Assembly (NCBI GenBank): GCA_964247055.1
Contig: OZ176052.1
Location: 9,920,001 to 9,984,000, forward strand
DNA: 64,000 nucleotides
Source: Paragordius varius
Taxonomy: Eukaryota > Animalia > Nematomorpha
Reading direction: 5' to 3'
Shown: piece by piece, positions 37,201-51,122 of the stretch
Layout of the letters: every line of letters starts with the position of its first letter
How positions within the stretch are numbered: position 1 is the stretch's first letter
Translations under genes and position numbers: made by a program
Notes under the pieces: model-generated
Told to the model about the DNA's origin: nothing
Database searches by the model: none
Seen by the model: the letters and a program-made list of their open reading frames with translations, nothing else

Positions 37201-39770
37201 ATATAAAATAAATTATCCCTAGGAAAAACGAAACAATGTATTTTCTGAATATCAATTTTCTACTAAGGTTAAAATAGATTTAATACCAATATAAAATTAT
37301 GAAGAGTTATCACGTAAAACTTTTACGGCTAAATATTTTTATAAATTGCTAATAAAAACTTGATTATATATTATGAAATAGATTAGCTGCAAATGCCTTT
37401 GACTATATTTTGACGGAAATCGATAAAAAAATTAGCTGCTTGTCCTAATTGAAAGAGGGGCTTTTTAAAAATATAAAATAAAAAATTCAAGCTTTTAATG
37501 TATGTATTATGTTTGATAATATTTTAGCAAACCATTTCCATAAAAATGGGTTTTTAAAAAAACATCAAAGATAAATTAATAGCAAAATCTTTGCTACAAT
37601 TATTTCTAAATATTGGGACATTTTTTTTAAAGTTTGCAAAATATGTTACACAAAAATTAAATTTAATCATTTATTACAAGTTTGATATTTTAGCGTTTGA
37701 TGAAGAAAAACCTATAGCTGATTCCAAATAAAATATTGGGATAAAAATATTTTTTCATATCACAAGTATTGTTAAGCTTACTTTCATGATACGAAAAATC
37801 TCATGAAAATGTGAATATACCATTTCTAGCGCACCATTTCCGTCCAAACGGAACTAAATATGTTGCGTTTGCCTGAAAAACTGTTCTCTGGGTTTAAAAA
37901 ATGTTGCGTTTGCTTGAAAAAAATATTGAGTTCGCTAAAAATAATTATTGCGTTTTGATGAAAAAACGTTGAGTTTTCTTGAAAAAGTGTTTAAAAATGG
38001 TTTATTGATTGGTATTATTTTATCAATATCCATATTTGATTCAGCTATAATGAGAAGGGGCTGTTTAGTTTCAGGTGTGAAATGCAATTATAATATGATT
38101 AGCTGATAGCCAGAAAAAAATTATGAAAAAGTGTTTCAATGTTAATATAATATCCGAATGTTAGGTTTTTGGCAAAGATCACTATCGACTTTAAAATTTG
38201 CCAAATATTTATAATAGATTTAGCTGAACAATATGGCAACTTGAAAAAATAATTAATTTTTTTTATAAAACTTAAATTTTAATAAAAATTATTATATCGG
38301 AATGATTTATCAGTGATTTTTTACTCACGTTAGTGATGTTAATCAGTTAATGGCGCAGTCCATTTCGCAAATTCTAGAAATATAAATAGTAGCATAGTGG
38401 AAAGCTGACTTTGGTACCTAATGTTATTATATCTTAACCTTAATGTTTTAAATAAATTTTTAAATTTGTGCTTAATTAATAAATTTTTTGGTAGACTAAT
38501 CTAAATTGTGATGTGTATAATAATAGGTGGCTGCTGTTAGTGCCAATAACAAAACTTTCATATAAATGTTAGCTTCGCTAATTTAATATATTTGAGTATT
38601 TTCTATCCACACATATCCTACTAATATCAGTTTTTTATTAATTATTTTATCACTTCATTACCATGTTTGTATCGCAAAACCATCTTAAATTTGAATATTA
38701 TAAGTAGAGATATTGGGCCAAGTTGGCTATGCATTAATAGTCTTTTAGGGAAATGATTTAAAAAATTATAAAAATGTGAATTGTTAAAATCATCATTTCA
38801 AACTTGTTCACCGTCATTTTTTTCTTAAGTTTTTTTTGAAACACCAACATATAGTGGCAAAAACGGATATTATGATTTAAAAATGTAATCATTAACTTGG
38901 AAAGCTTCCATATGGCATACAATTTTAATATTCATTGATTTTTAAGGACAGCTGTTTGTTTCAATCAAGTTTTGGATCATACCAATGGATTGTAAATAAT
39001 TTTAACAATATAACTTCGTTCTGTGGTACAAAATTAGCCAAAATGTCTTCGACTATTAAATAGGAAAAGGGTGATAGAGGGATAATAATGGATTACAATT
39101 CCATATTTTGATATTAATCCCATAAATTATTTCCTTACCCGAAATTTATGGCATATATTTTTGAAAATAATATGAATTGATTGTTAACGTGCGCTAGTGT
39201 GCTCTTAACAAAGGCCAATTTTTTTAATGAAACAGGTTTTTTTATATGTCCAAGCCAGGGATGTCCAACACGCTTTTGTGCGCAAAGGCTCAGAAAATGA
39301 TAAAAAATGGATTTTAATTCGAATTTTACAATTATTTTGGAGATATATTATCCAAAATTAAGCTCAAATAAATAAAATAAAGCAGCGAAAAACGCTTAAT
39401 TGTTTTCATACATATTATTTTAGATTGTTTAGTAATAAAATTAACAGAACCACTTTTCTAACCCCTGACCTAATAAGGCACTCATCACATTGGAAAAATT
39501 TAGAAATTATGTTTGGGTATAGACGTAGAGTTAAGAAATACAGTTTTACAAATTTATTAACTAATATTACACGATCAACATATGAAACAGAGATACTTTA
39601 TAAAACTATAATTTAATTGCTTTTGCTAAATATATTTGTATAAATAAATATAAATACGTCCCTGACAAAATATAAATAAAAAGGTGTGTTTGTTTGCATA
39701 TATAAATGTTAAATATATTTCTGCATTTTTGATGAGTTTTTTTGTCTAAGAGGTAATCCGCGAAAGAAAT

Positions 39771-40281
39771 TTATTTTTTGGCTGCTTTCTTCTTGCGGTG
39801 AACGACCTTCTTAGCTTTTGGTGCTCGTGGGGATTTTGCTATAGAAATAAAATAATTATATTATAGTAAGCAGACATATCATTTGCTACATTCATTGCAA
39901 TAAACGCTTATTAAATAACAACATACCAGTCTTCTTTTTATGGTGAGTCTTGGGTTTTTTAGCTTTTTTGGGACCGGCTTTCCTTTTCTTTTTGTGATGA
40001 TGAGAGGCAGCTGGAGCAGCAACCGTACCGGCAGCAGCGGCATGATGATGGTGATGAGTTGCGTGATGAACGTGATGTTTGGCTGGGGACTTTCGCTTCT
40101 TGTGATGCGCGGCGCCAGCTGCTTTCTTCTTGGGGTGAGCGGCCCGTTTCCTTTTCGCCGGGGCACGTTTGGCCGGGGTCGCAGCAATTTGATGTGATAA
40201 CAACTATAATTATGTGGTTATAGATAAAGATACATAAAAAAGAATATATTAATTTGTTATTACTTGTTCTATATCTGACAT
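39771..40281 (-). CDS. 120-aa Lys/His/Ala-rich basic protein (linker-histone-tail-like or protamine-like), no globular H1 domain
   Basis: Exons 40281-40264 (MSDIEQ), 40203-39927 and 39838-39771 (AKSPRAPKAKKVVHRKKKAAKK-stop). Introns of 60 and 88 nt with canonical GT-AG and consistent phase; 363 nt total; locally GC-rich. Confidence 0.8.
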
Positions 40282-43200
40282 CGGTGAAGTTCTAGGACTC
40301 GGTGGTAATTGTTGAAGAACGTAAGAGTTTGGAGGATAACTTAATATCTTATAAATGAATTCAAAAATTTTTCCGTACCAAAAATTAACGTATTCTCCAA
40401 TGTTGTTGTAAAATGTTAAAAATAAATTTTAGTTGTTGGAAAAATTAAAAGATAAAAAATATTATATTTTGATTGTGTGTTTAATGTAAAAAAAGATATC
40501 GTATATTTAATATATTTTTTGTGGTTTTAAAATAAAGCTTATATGAACTCTTTACTTCTCCTCCCTTTTCACTCTTTTTTCTTTCGTTATACAATTATAA
40601 TATTATGTGCGTACCGTTCCGAAACCCCCTTTGTTCTCTTCATAATTTTGCGAAACAGAAAAAATAAGAAAAATTTTGTGTTTGTTATGGCACTTTCAAA
40701 GCCTCATATCTCGGACCACAAACGTGTTCTGGACACAAAAACATCACGAGTCTATAGAAAACAGGTGATATTTTTGGACAGTCAGAAAATTTTGGCAGTT
40801 TTATCCGTTTAAACGGTTTAAAAAGAGGTTTTATAAGCGCTACATTGAGGTTACGCAAAAAAAGTTTGGTTATTTTAGGCCAAAATAGCCCGTTGAAAAC
40901 AACTTTTTTCTATCAAAATTAATACCTTTTGATAGTCTGTATATCACTTAATCAAAGCTCGAAATTTTGGTAGCCATAAATATTAAGATTTTTGAGTTAT
41001 TTATCTTTAAAGTTGGATATTCAAAAACAAAATTTGGTGTTTTTTTGTATTTTATATACAACATATTTCGCATCATAGTGTGCATCGTTAATGCACCCTC
41101 CTGCCTTTCTTTGATGAAAAGATGGAAGAAATATTTTTAATATGTTGTTTCATTAGTCTAATGTCAATTTTTTAACCCAATAATTAATTTTCACAAGTTT
41201 ATCAAATTTGGCAAGCAAAGTCCCTTCTTTAATTAATATGGCAAATATGATTTATGTAACTTTTTATTACAAATTTAATATAAAATGATTCTTGTAAAAT
41301 TAAAATTTATTTGGGCGCTAATCACGCAACCGATTTTTTGGATAAGATTTTAATTAATTAATGGCAAATTCATATCGGAAATTTTTAGTGATTTAAATTT
41401 TTCATTTTCAGTTTATTTTTTGTTTTCATTTTTTATTATTATTCTTTTGTTAGCCGACAAAACAAAATACGTTGAACAATCAAATATTTTTGCATCATCC
41501 ACTTAAAAAAATTATGATTTTAATCCCACGATTTTTATTAATTTAATTATGTGGCTTTGGGAGAGTGCTTCGATTAGGATCCTTAGTAATCAACATTGAT
41601 TGTAAAAAAATTAGTGCATTATAATATTTGAGATGGTATCCCTTAAAGTTCAACCCGGCAGACTTATCCAATACAATACATAAGATTATATACCAGGGGT
41701 GTCCAACAAGCAGCACGCGAAAAATTTGGAATCCATAATTTGCAAAATATGTTTCTAAAATCTTTGTAAAATGGATATTTCTTAAACAAATTTTCTTGCC
41801 CTTTTAGTTTTATCCTGTTTGAATACCCATATATATAATTAGATTCACCAGATGGAGTTAAAAATATGGCCCGCGAAGCCATTTTTATTTGACATTTCTG
41901 GTATACATTTTTTAAGCTCAATTCTTAATATGTAGCATAAATGATATTTGGATGTTATGGATTATAGATATGATCTCTTTTTTCTCATTAGGTTAATAAG
42001 ATATTACTTTTGATTGATTTCAAGTGTTTGGAAGCATATATTATATTAATGTTATTTTTAATATTTTTATCATAGCGCGCATGCAAAACGAGTCAATATT
42101 AATAACAGATAAATAATACATATTGGAATTTAATTTTTTATCGTTCTATAAAAGACCAGAAATATATTGTATGGTGTTAAATTAAAATATCCTATTAAGT
42201 ATAAGATTCAGTATAATGTTTGCGAAGCCTGAGTTATGTTTTCTTCTTAGTTCTATCTTTATAAAACATTTAATGTCAACGTTATTAAAAACATCAACAC
42301 TTATATAGTTTTTGAGATTAACCGTAATACTACATAATTTTTACTAATTTCTAGGAGCGTATGGTAAAACTATGATCGTCGTAATTCGACATATTTTAAA
42401 ATCTTCTTTTATAGTTTATTGAAAACTAAATTCCACACAATATACTAATTTGCTATGCACCAAAAATTATCATAGGAAAAATTATAAAAGAAATCTCATT
42501 CTAAACAATATCTCTATATTAAGAAACAATGGGGGCTTGCAAATTCTTTTGTGTAGGCTTATTTAATTACATTTATAATAATTGCGAGTTTAACAGTTTA
42601 TCGAAAATTCAAATCTTTGGCAAGCCATGCGGACTGTTAATGATCCAAGGTGTGATTTGTAATCATATTACTACCTATGTGAAAAATATGATGGTAATTC
42701 AAATATTTGAATAACAATCGATAATGTTTGAGATTAATAAATTAAAATTTTCAAGTGCATGTTTTTAGGGTAATGACCGTTGTCGCCATTTTTGTGTTAT
42801 ATGGTATGTAAAAAATAGCGTGTGGATAAAAAATTATATTTGCCCACGGCCGACAGTGATAATGAAAAAATTAAGTACAAAATTTAAACCTTACACAAAG
42901 CGTGAGTTAGAGCCATAATCATACTACTTGTTTAATAAATCTTATAAAACTTAGGTCTAATTAATATTAAATAGAAATTGTGTAAAACAACTGATATTTA
43001 GGAAAATTTGATAAAATTTTCGAAATTAGTAACACTTAATATTGTATCCGATTTTAATTACAGGTTTCATCCATTCATGAGTAAAAATTGCTTGCCGAAA
43101 AAATTAGAGTTATATCTAGAGATCCAACCAATATAAATTAAATAAACATAACCCGGTACACATATACTTTCAAATTAAATTTCGATAAGCGATTAATACG

Positions 43201-45408
43201 GACACATATCCAAATGATATAATAAACCATACGCGTGCTAGGAAACAATTCTGAGACAACCTTTTGTTAAATTAAGGATTTGAATAACAAATAGTAAATT
43301 ATAGACGTACATTCCTCAAAAGAGTTTAGAAATTTCACCTTATATGGACTTTTTTGCACAAAAAGACAGACTTTATTATTGAGGGAGGAATACTCTTTCT
43401 CTGATGAAATAATCATAAGTAATCAAATTTCGATCATAGACATTAATAATTTGATTTTACCCTAATCTCGATCAACAAAGTGCAAAAGACCGGTTATGCA
43501 TCTCGATGTTAAAAATTCCTCTTCAATAGGTATTTTTACTAAACTATCATAAAATAATATTAATGCTGTATAAATATCTGTGGTTTTCTATAAAATAAAT
43601 AGACCCCATAGAGGTACATAATAAACAAAAAACAAATGGGTTCTCATTCTAGATTTTTTATTTATATCGTCAGTGATGCTCAAACCGCGGGAAACAGGCC
43701 ACATTCGGCCCTAAATATATTATAGCGCTAAATTATATATTAATTTTTTTGATTACTTATTTGGAGTATAAATTTGCATATTTGTCTAGCTATGTAATCA
43801 TTTATCGGTATTATATGGTACACGGCCTAAAATAACTATATTTGCTCTGTAAAATTTATTGGTGAGTACCTCGAATGTGTACCATTCACTCAAATTCACC
43901 CTTGAACAATTCAATTTCACCATAAAAATAAATCATGTGTTTTTGGGCTATTATAACTCATTATTAATATGAAATGTATCTTTATAGCATACTTTATTAT
44001 TTTTTCAGTAATATTTTAATTTAAACAAAATTTTATTTTTAAAAATATTAAAAAAATAGATAATTTTTAATCTGAAAAAACACATAATTTTATGGTAAAT
44101 ATGAATTGTATGAGGGTGAATTTGAATTATTCAAGGTGAATTTGAAGTATATATTAACAGCATATACAGAATATAATATAATGATTATCAATCCATTCGA
44201 GTAATGTAGGTTTATAATGGGATTTCTTTGAAAACATAACTATGTTCCAGCATCTTAGGCTTAACTTTTACAATATAGTCATTACTGTGCAATTGGTTGG
44301 GGAAGCGATGGAAACTTTAATGGCTATATTATAATGTGGCCAGATAGGCTGTTTTTCGCAGTACAGTACTGGGTTTTCAGAAAAAAATGCGCCTGTTCTG
44401 AGCCTTTTTATATTGCTTTTCAAAATAAAAAAATTAATTAATAAATATATATTAATTACCATTTATATATTCAAAAAATTATTTTTGAATTCGATATAGT
44501 ACCCTCTGTAAAAATAACCCCGTAATTTATAAAGAAATGGTTCATTTTGCGGTATAAGATTGGCCTATATTTAATTGGTTAATATTTTATTTTCTGCTCA
44601 AATTATACATAAAACTTAGGATTGCAGCCTTTCGAGTGGAGAAACTAGAAATTCGGACTCCACACCGTAAGATTAAGGCTAATGGCTCTTTCACTCAGGG
44701 CTTCCGAAAAAAGAGGTGTCTCAAAATTTAAAAAAAATAATTTTTGATATTTAAATAAATGTTTGATCAAGTTTAGAAAGTTCATTTTTTGTTATAATTA
44801 TCAAACAGAAAATTATATAGAAAATCGTTATTTCATTAACTATAATTTAATATGTATTATATATGGCATATGATTTCGAAATAATTTTTTTTTTCGTAGA
44901 AATTAAGAATTTTTACGTTTTCTATACTCATTAGGTGGGAGGTATGATATTACTTAATTTTTTATAATTTCTTATTTTTTTGCATAAAAAAATTTGATAT
45001 TTTGTTGAAGCGTACTTCTAACGATTTCGAAGCATGATGGAAACGGTATAACGCTTTAAGATATTATAAAACCTTATTTCAAAATAATTCGATGGTGTTG
45101 AACATTCAGAATATAATTTAAAGGTTTGTTTGCTTGCAAATTTTGGTGAATTTTCGTAAAAAACACAATTTTTATTTAACATAAATTTGAAAAAGAACGA
45201 TAATTTAATCAAAGTTCTGAAATATATGACATCTTATTAATGGTAGCGTTTAATTTTTTTTCTGATTTATTGATATCTAGAAGAAAAATTAATTTAAATT
45301 TGTGGTTATTTCAAACAACTATGATTTTAATATTGTTTAGTCAATTTTATATTTTTATGAATAAACGCAAATGATATGTCATTAATCAATTAGTCATAAC
45401 ATACGCAA

Positions 45409-48400
45409 TCTATAAATTTATAAAAATGGAAAATTCTGGCTTTGTGATCTGTTTCCAGAAAACCGGTAGACCCATTTAAATCCAAATGTCGAAAAAATAT
45501 AATCATTCATGAATCCGACAATAGCTTCGCCCTTTTTTAAATTAGGCCCCAGGTTCGGGCCCAACCCATGTAAAAAACGGTTTTTTTTTGAAAACAGAAG
45601 TCCACAAAAATCGTGTCTTTGAGACAATTTTCCGGAGAACGTGTTGGACCATTCAATTTCAAATATGATTTTATTTTCCATTGCGCCGAACATAGTCGTC
45701 TCGCTTTTTTAATTTAGGCACTCTCTTTACCCGCTCCCCTCGTAAAATGCCATTTTTTCAAAAAAATTAAGTCCACAAAAATAATTTTTTGAATCTATTT
45801 TTGGTCCAAGGTATGAGACCGTAAAAATTCATTAAGGATTCCAAATATTCCCTATTAAAAGGCAAAAATTTAAGTCAAGCGTTTCTTTGATGATAGCTGC
45901 TGAGTAAGGAGCTACCCGCGAAAAACTGACCCGTCATATCGAAATAGCGTGCTTTTGGGGCTAAATTCAGAAAACCTATCAGGCCATAAGAATTCAATAG
46001 CTGCTTAAAGTATTACCCTAAAAAGTCAAAAATTTTAGTCGATTTTTAAATTAAATAGGCCCTTTACGTCCTAAAAAATGCGCTATCATTGAACTATTAT
46101 TTAGTTTTGAAGCCATTCATCCATAAACAATAGTAAAGGCAAATTTTTATATCTAACTACATTTAATTGGCCTCTGGGTAGGAGGTTACCGGAGTAGAGC
46201 CTGCGCCATCATATCGATACAGCATGACTTTGGAGCCAAATTTCAGAAAACCTATGAGACTATGTGAATTATTTCAACATTGTGCCGCATAATAAAATTG
46301 CTTATAAAATCAAAAATATATTATGCTCATCTATATATTTATAAAAATGGAAAATGCTGGCTTTGTGATCTGGTACAGGAAAACCGGTAGACCCAATCAA
46401 ATCCAAATATCGAAAAAATATAATCATTAATAAATGTCCCGACAATAGCTTCGCCCTTTTTTTGAAATAGGCCCCCAGTTCGGGCCCACCCCGTATGAAA
46501 AACGGGTTTTTTTTGAAAACAGAAGTCCACAAAATCGTGTTTTTGAGACAATTTTCCGGAGAACGTGTTGGACCATTCAATTTCAAATATGATTTTTGTT
46601 TACTTATTTTCGATTGCGCCGAACATAGTCGAGCCACTTTTTTGATTTAGGCCCTCTTTTTACCCGCTCCCCCCGTAAAATGCCATTTTTTTCAAAAAAC
46701 AAAGTCCACAAAAATAATTTTTTAAATCGATTTTTCGTCCACGGTATGAGACCTTAAAAATTCTATAAAGATTCCACGTATTCCCTGTTAAAAGGCAAAA
46801 ATTTTAGTCCACCGTTTATTTGTTGATAGCTGCTGGGTAAGGAGCTACCCGCTAAAAACTGATTTTTCATATAACTTTGGGAACTGTTTCCGGAAAACCG
46901 GTGATCCCAATCAAATCCAAATATCGAAAAAATATAATCATTAATGAATGGCCCGACAATAGCTTCGCCCTTTTTTGGAATTAGGTCCCCAGTTCGGGCC
47001 CACCCCGTGTGAAAAATGGGTTAAGTCAATTTTTTGGAGAACGTGTTGGAGCATTCAATTTCAAACATGAATTTTGTTTACTTATTTTTGATCGCGCTGA
47101 ACATAGTCGAGTCACTTTTTTGATTTAGGCCCTCTTTTTACCCGCTCCCCCCGTAAAATGCCATTTTTTTTTTGATTGTATTTTTTTGTCCACGGTATGA
47201 GACTGTAAAAATTCGAGAAAGATTTTTCGTATTGCCTGTAAAAGGCAAAAATTTTAGTCAAGCGTTTTTTTGATGATAGCTGCTGAGTAAGGAGTATCTA
47301 TCATATGTATAGCATGTTAAAAGATATATGGATATTAAAACATTATTTATGGTAATCTATATATTTATAAAAATGGAAAATGCTGGCTTTGTGTTCTACA
47401 GGAAAAACGGTAGACCCATTCAAATCCAAACTTCGAACCCCCCCCCCAGACGTCCGAAGGACTTTCTCGGGCTGCGTAGCAGCACGAGATTCACGCTAGT
47501 TTCAAATAAAATTGTCTGTCTCAATATTCAAACGAGACAATCATCACAAATAACATTGTAATATCCTGCTTTTTCAATCTCAAATCTTGTTTTAAGTTAT
47601 AGACAGTTATAATCAGATTGATATCATATAAAAGAGTTAGAATAGCAATAGCGAAATAAGAAAAAGTTTCATAATTTAAAAATTATACGCCTTTAACCGA
47701 GATTTTCTAAGGATTTTTTTTGCAATGAATCAGACTTTAATGATTTTAAATATAAAATCGTATTAGTTTATTGTTTTATTATTTTTTATTTATCTATCAT
47801 ATGTATAGGATATCAAAAAATATATGGATAATAAAAAAACATTATTTATGGTCATCTATATATTTATAATTGAAAGTGGTGGCTTTGTGATCAGTTTCCG
47901 GAAAACCGGTAGATCCATTCAAATGCAACTGTCAAAAAAATATAATCATTAATGAATGCCCCGACAATAGCTTCGCCCTTTTTTAAATTAGGCCTGCAGT
48001 TCGGGCCCACCGCATGTAAAAAGCGGGTTTTTTGAAAACATGTCCACAAAAATCGTGTCTTTGAGGCAATTTTCCCAAAAACGAGTTGCATTCGATTTTA
48101 AACAGGATTTTTTTTACTTATTTTCGATTGCGCCGAACATAGTCGGCTCGCTTTTTTAATTTAGGCCCTCTTTTTACCCGCTCCCCCCATAAAATGCCAT
48201 TTTTTTAAAAAAAAAATTACGTCCACAAAAATAATTTTTAAATCTATTTTTCGCCCAAGGTATGAGACCGTAAAAATTCAATAAGGATTCCAGGTAATCC
48301 CTGTTAAAAGGCAAACTTTAGTCGTGCATTTCTTTTATAATGGCTGCCGGGTAAGGAGCTACCCGCTAAAAATTGATCCGTCATATCTGTGCCTTTGGGG

Positions 48401-49660
48401 CTAAATTTCAAAAAACCTATCAAACCATTTGAGTTCAATCCGTGCTTAAAATATTACCCGTAAAAAGTCCAAAATTTAAGTCGAGCGGATTTTTTAAATT
48501 AGCGGTTAATTAGGCCTTTTACGCCCTGAAACATGGGCCACCATAGAATGATTTTTTAATTTTGAGCAATTTTTTTCAGAAACTAATGAGAGCATATGGA
48601 ATCAATCATGATTCCAGGTATTCTCCGTAAAAAGGCAAAAATTTTAATCAAGTTTTTTTGTATCAGACTCTGGGTAGGAAGCCACCAGCCTAGAACTGCG
48701 CCATATCAAAATTGCGTTGTTTAGGAGTTAATTTTCCGAAAACTTATCAAACCATATAAGTTTTATAAGAGCCTGAAATATTACCCCGTAAAAAGGCAAA
48801 AATTTTAGTCGAGCGGTTTTTTATATTAGAGGTTAAATAGCCTCTTAGTAGGGGGCTACCCGCCGAAAAATGCGTCACTATATTAATACAGCATGCCTTT
48901 AGACCCAAATTTCAAAAAACTTATGAGACTATGTGAGTTCAATAAGGCTTAAAATATTTATTACCCCTTAAAAAACAAAATGTTTTAGTATAGGGTGTTA
49001 TTTCAATGAGTCGCTAAGAAAAGTTTTGCGCCCTGAAAAATTCGCCGTCATAGAAAAATTTTTTAGTGTTGAAGCAATATTTCAAGAACTTTAGGAATAA
49101 TGGAATTATAATTCCAGATATTCCCCATATAAAGACAAAAATTTTGCCCAACGCTTTTTTATACCTGCCTCTGGGTAAGAAGCTACCCGCCAAAAACTCC
49201 ACTATATAAAAATTGCGTTGTTTTGGAACTAATTTAAAGAAAACTTATGGTATATGAGCTCATTTAAAGTTTGAAATATTACCCATAACTAGGTAAAAAT
49301 TAAGGTCAGGACTTTTTTTATTAGACGTTAATTTGGGGCCTTTATGCCCTAAAAATACGCCATCATATAACGATTATTTAGTGTTGAGGTATTTTTTCGA
49401 AAAACCCATTAGACGATAGTCTCAAAGATGATTCCAAATATTTTCCCTATAAAGGCAAAAAATTTAACTTAGCGCTTTTACTATATAGGCCTATGGGTAG
49501 GAGTCTACCGGTTTAAAACTGAGACGCCATACAAAAATAGCGTGGCTTTGGAGCTAATTTTCAAAAGACTTAAGAAGCCATACGAGTTCAATAAAGGCTT
49601 TAAATATTATCCAAAAAAAGGAAAAATTATAGCATAGCGGTTTTTTCCGTTAGCCGTAAT
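45409..49660 (+). mobile_element. Tandem array of Helitron-derived units grading into a ~163-bp satellite
   Basis: Helitron-like 5' ends A|TCTATATATTTATAA at 45409 (variant), 46330, 47356 and 47855. Long shared internal blocks (ccgacaatagcttcgccc, cagttcgggccca, tacccgctcccc, gtaaggagctacccgc). About 9 diverged ~155-180 bp repeats at ~48250-49660. Confidence 0.75.
47356..47499 (+). mobile_element. Complete 144-bp mini-Helitron
   Basis: Starts TC after an A (47355) and ends CTAG before a T (47500). GC-rich hairpin ctcgggctgc-gta-gcagcacgag at 47466-47488, 7 nt before the CTAG. Confidence 0.8.
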
Positions 49661-50587
49661 CGCCTAAACACGGGACGTGTTCAATAATATTTTGACTTTT
49701 TAACACTATTTCGTTAGCACGTGTTATAAATTAACATTGTATGTAAATATTGGTTAGAATAAATCTGCGCCTTTATCTCATAAGGTAGAATGAAATTTAT
49801 TTTATATAATCTTTATATAAAAGAAGTTAGCTAAATTAAATATGAGAGGTAGTAGATAATACAAAGTAATGTATGGATAATAAAAAATAATCAATGTATA
49901 TATAGAAGGGGATTAATTGATTGTGTCACTGGTGTTACATTCATCATTAGTTATATGCAGTATTCATATATAAATATACAATATATATTAATAAAGCACA
50001 TTTTTACTTATATTAAAGCTAAAGCTAACTATCATCTCCAATTATAAATGAGTATTAATTACACTTTTTTACCTTTCGACTTTTTAATCAGATTATTACA
50101 TTTTGGTTTCAAGAACAATATTTAAATTTTTGGTAAAGCTTATAATAATCTGTCGTATATTTTTGGTATTTTCTTTTGTTTTTATATAAATCATAAATAT
50201 GCTACCTGAGTACATTGATTAACAAATGCAAAATCATATAAAAATATGCATATCCCCAATATAAAAAAGTAATTATCCATATACTAATTAATAAAATTAA
50301 AATACTTGAACTAATAGCGTTGTGTTGCATAGATAAATTTCATATTTATATTCCCTGAATCATATATAATAATTGCATTATAAATTGATGTGCATGATTG
50401 GTTAATAATATTATTATTAAATCCCTAAAAAGATACCCGTATGTTTGAACAATTTATGTTAAATTTATGTTTATAATAAACAAATTTTTATATGTCTAGA
50501 CTGCTAGAATCCAATAAAAATGATATATAGATATGTAGTGAATTTCTATATAAAGTCGCATGTATCATCATTACCATCTTGGATATG

Positions 50588-51075
50588 TTAGGTCTCATTT
50601 GAAAAAAGTTCCTTGTGCAAGGCTGGCAAACTGAGTTTCGAATTTTTTTGTCGAAAAGTGTTGACTAATTGAATATGAAAATGGGAAATAGTCCTAAGCC
50701 TATCGAGTATATGTAGCAATTTCCCCAACGTCGATTCGAAATCCAGAGAGTGGTTATAACGAATTTCGTGTGCCAATGTCTTGAATAATTTATCGTTCAT
50801 ACTTCGGATCGTATGCTTTTCCCGTAAATCATCGCCAACATCTGTGGTATATACAGCAAAAATTCGCTTGTCATAAAAATAAGCCATTAAAATTGCATAG
50901 CTAAATCTAAAAAGTAATCCCTATCGTTTATTTAATCCTATTTATATATGTTAAGCTTCAGACAAGGGTAATCACATAAAAATCAGAACTATCACAAGCA
51001 TATCCCCTCTTAAGATTTTAATATACAGCTTGACTTTATGTAATTCATAGTTTCATAATGCATGGGTCTAACGTT

Positions 51076-51122
<47 letters not shown>

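Noticed and set aside
38480-38562. Signal-peptide-like MKVLLLALTAATYY on the minus strand
   Set aside because: Stops after 21 codons with no suitable splice donor.
39879-40197. Additional ORFs overlapping the basic protein (39879-40187 - and 39940-40197 +)
   Set aside because: Alternative-frame and antisense shadows of a GC-rich, low-complexity exon.
45418-48091. Family of similar short minus-strand ORFs (KKGEAIVG...DYIF)
   Set aside because: They recur because the Helitron units repeat; frames break differently in each copy.
50842-50900. Longer last HR3 exon starting [10 protein letters not shown]
   Set aside because: The acceptor at 50901 gives the wrong phase. The ccacag acceptor at 50842 gives the right phase and aligns with the ROR helix 8-9 junction.
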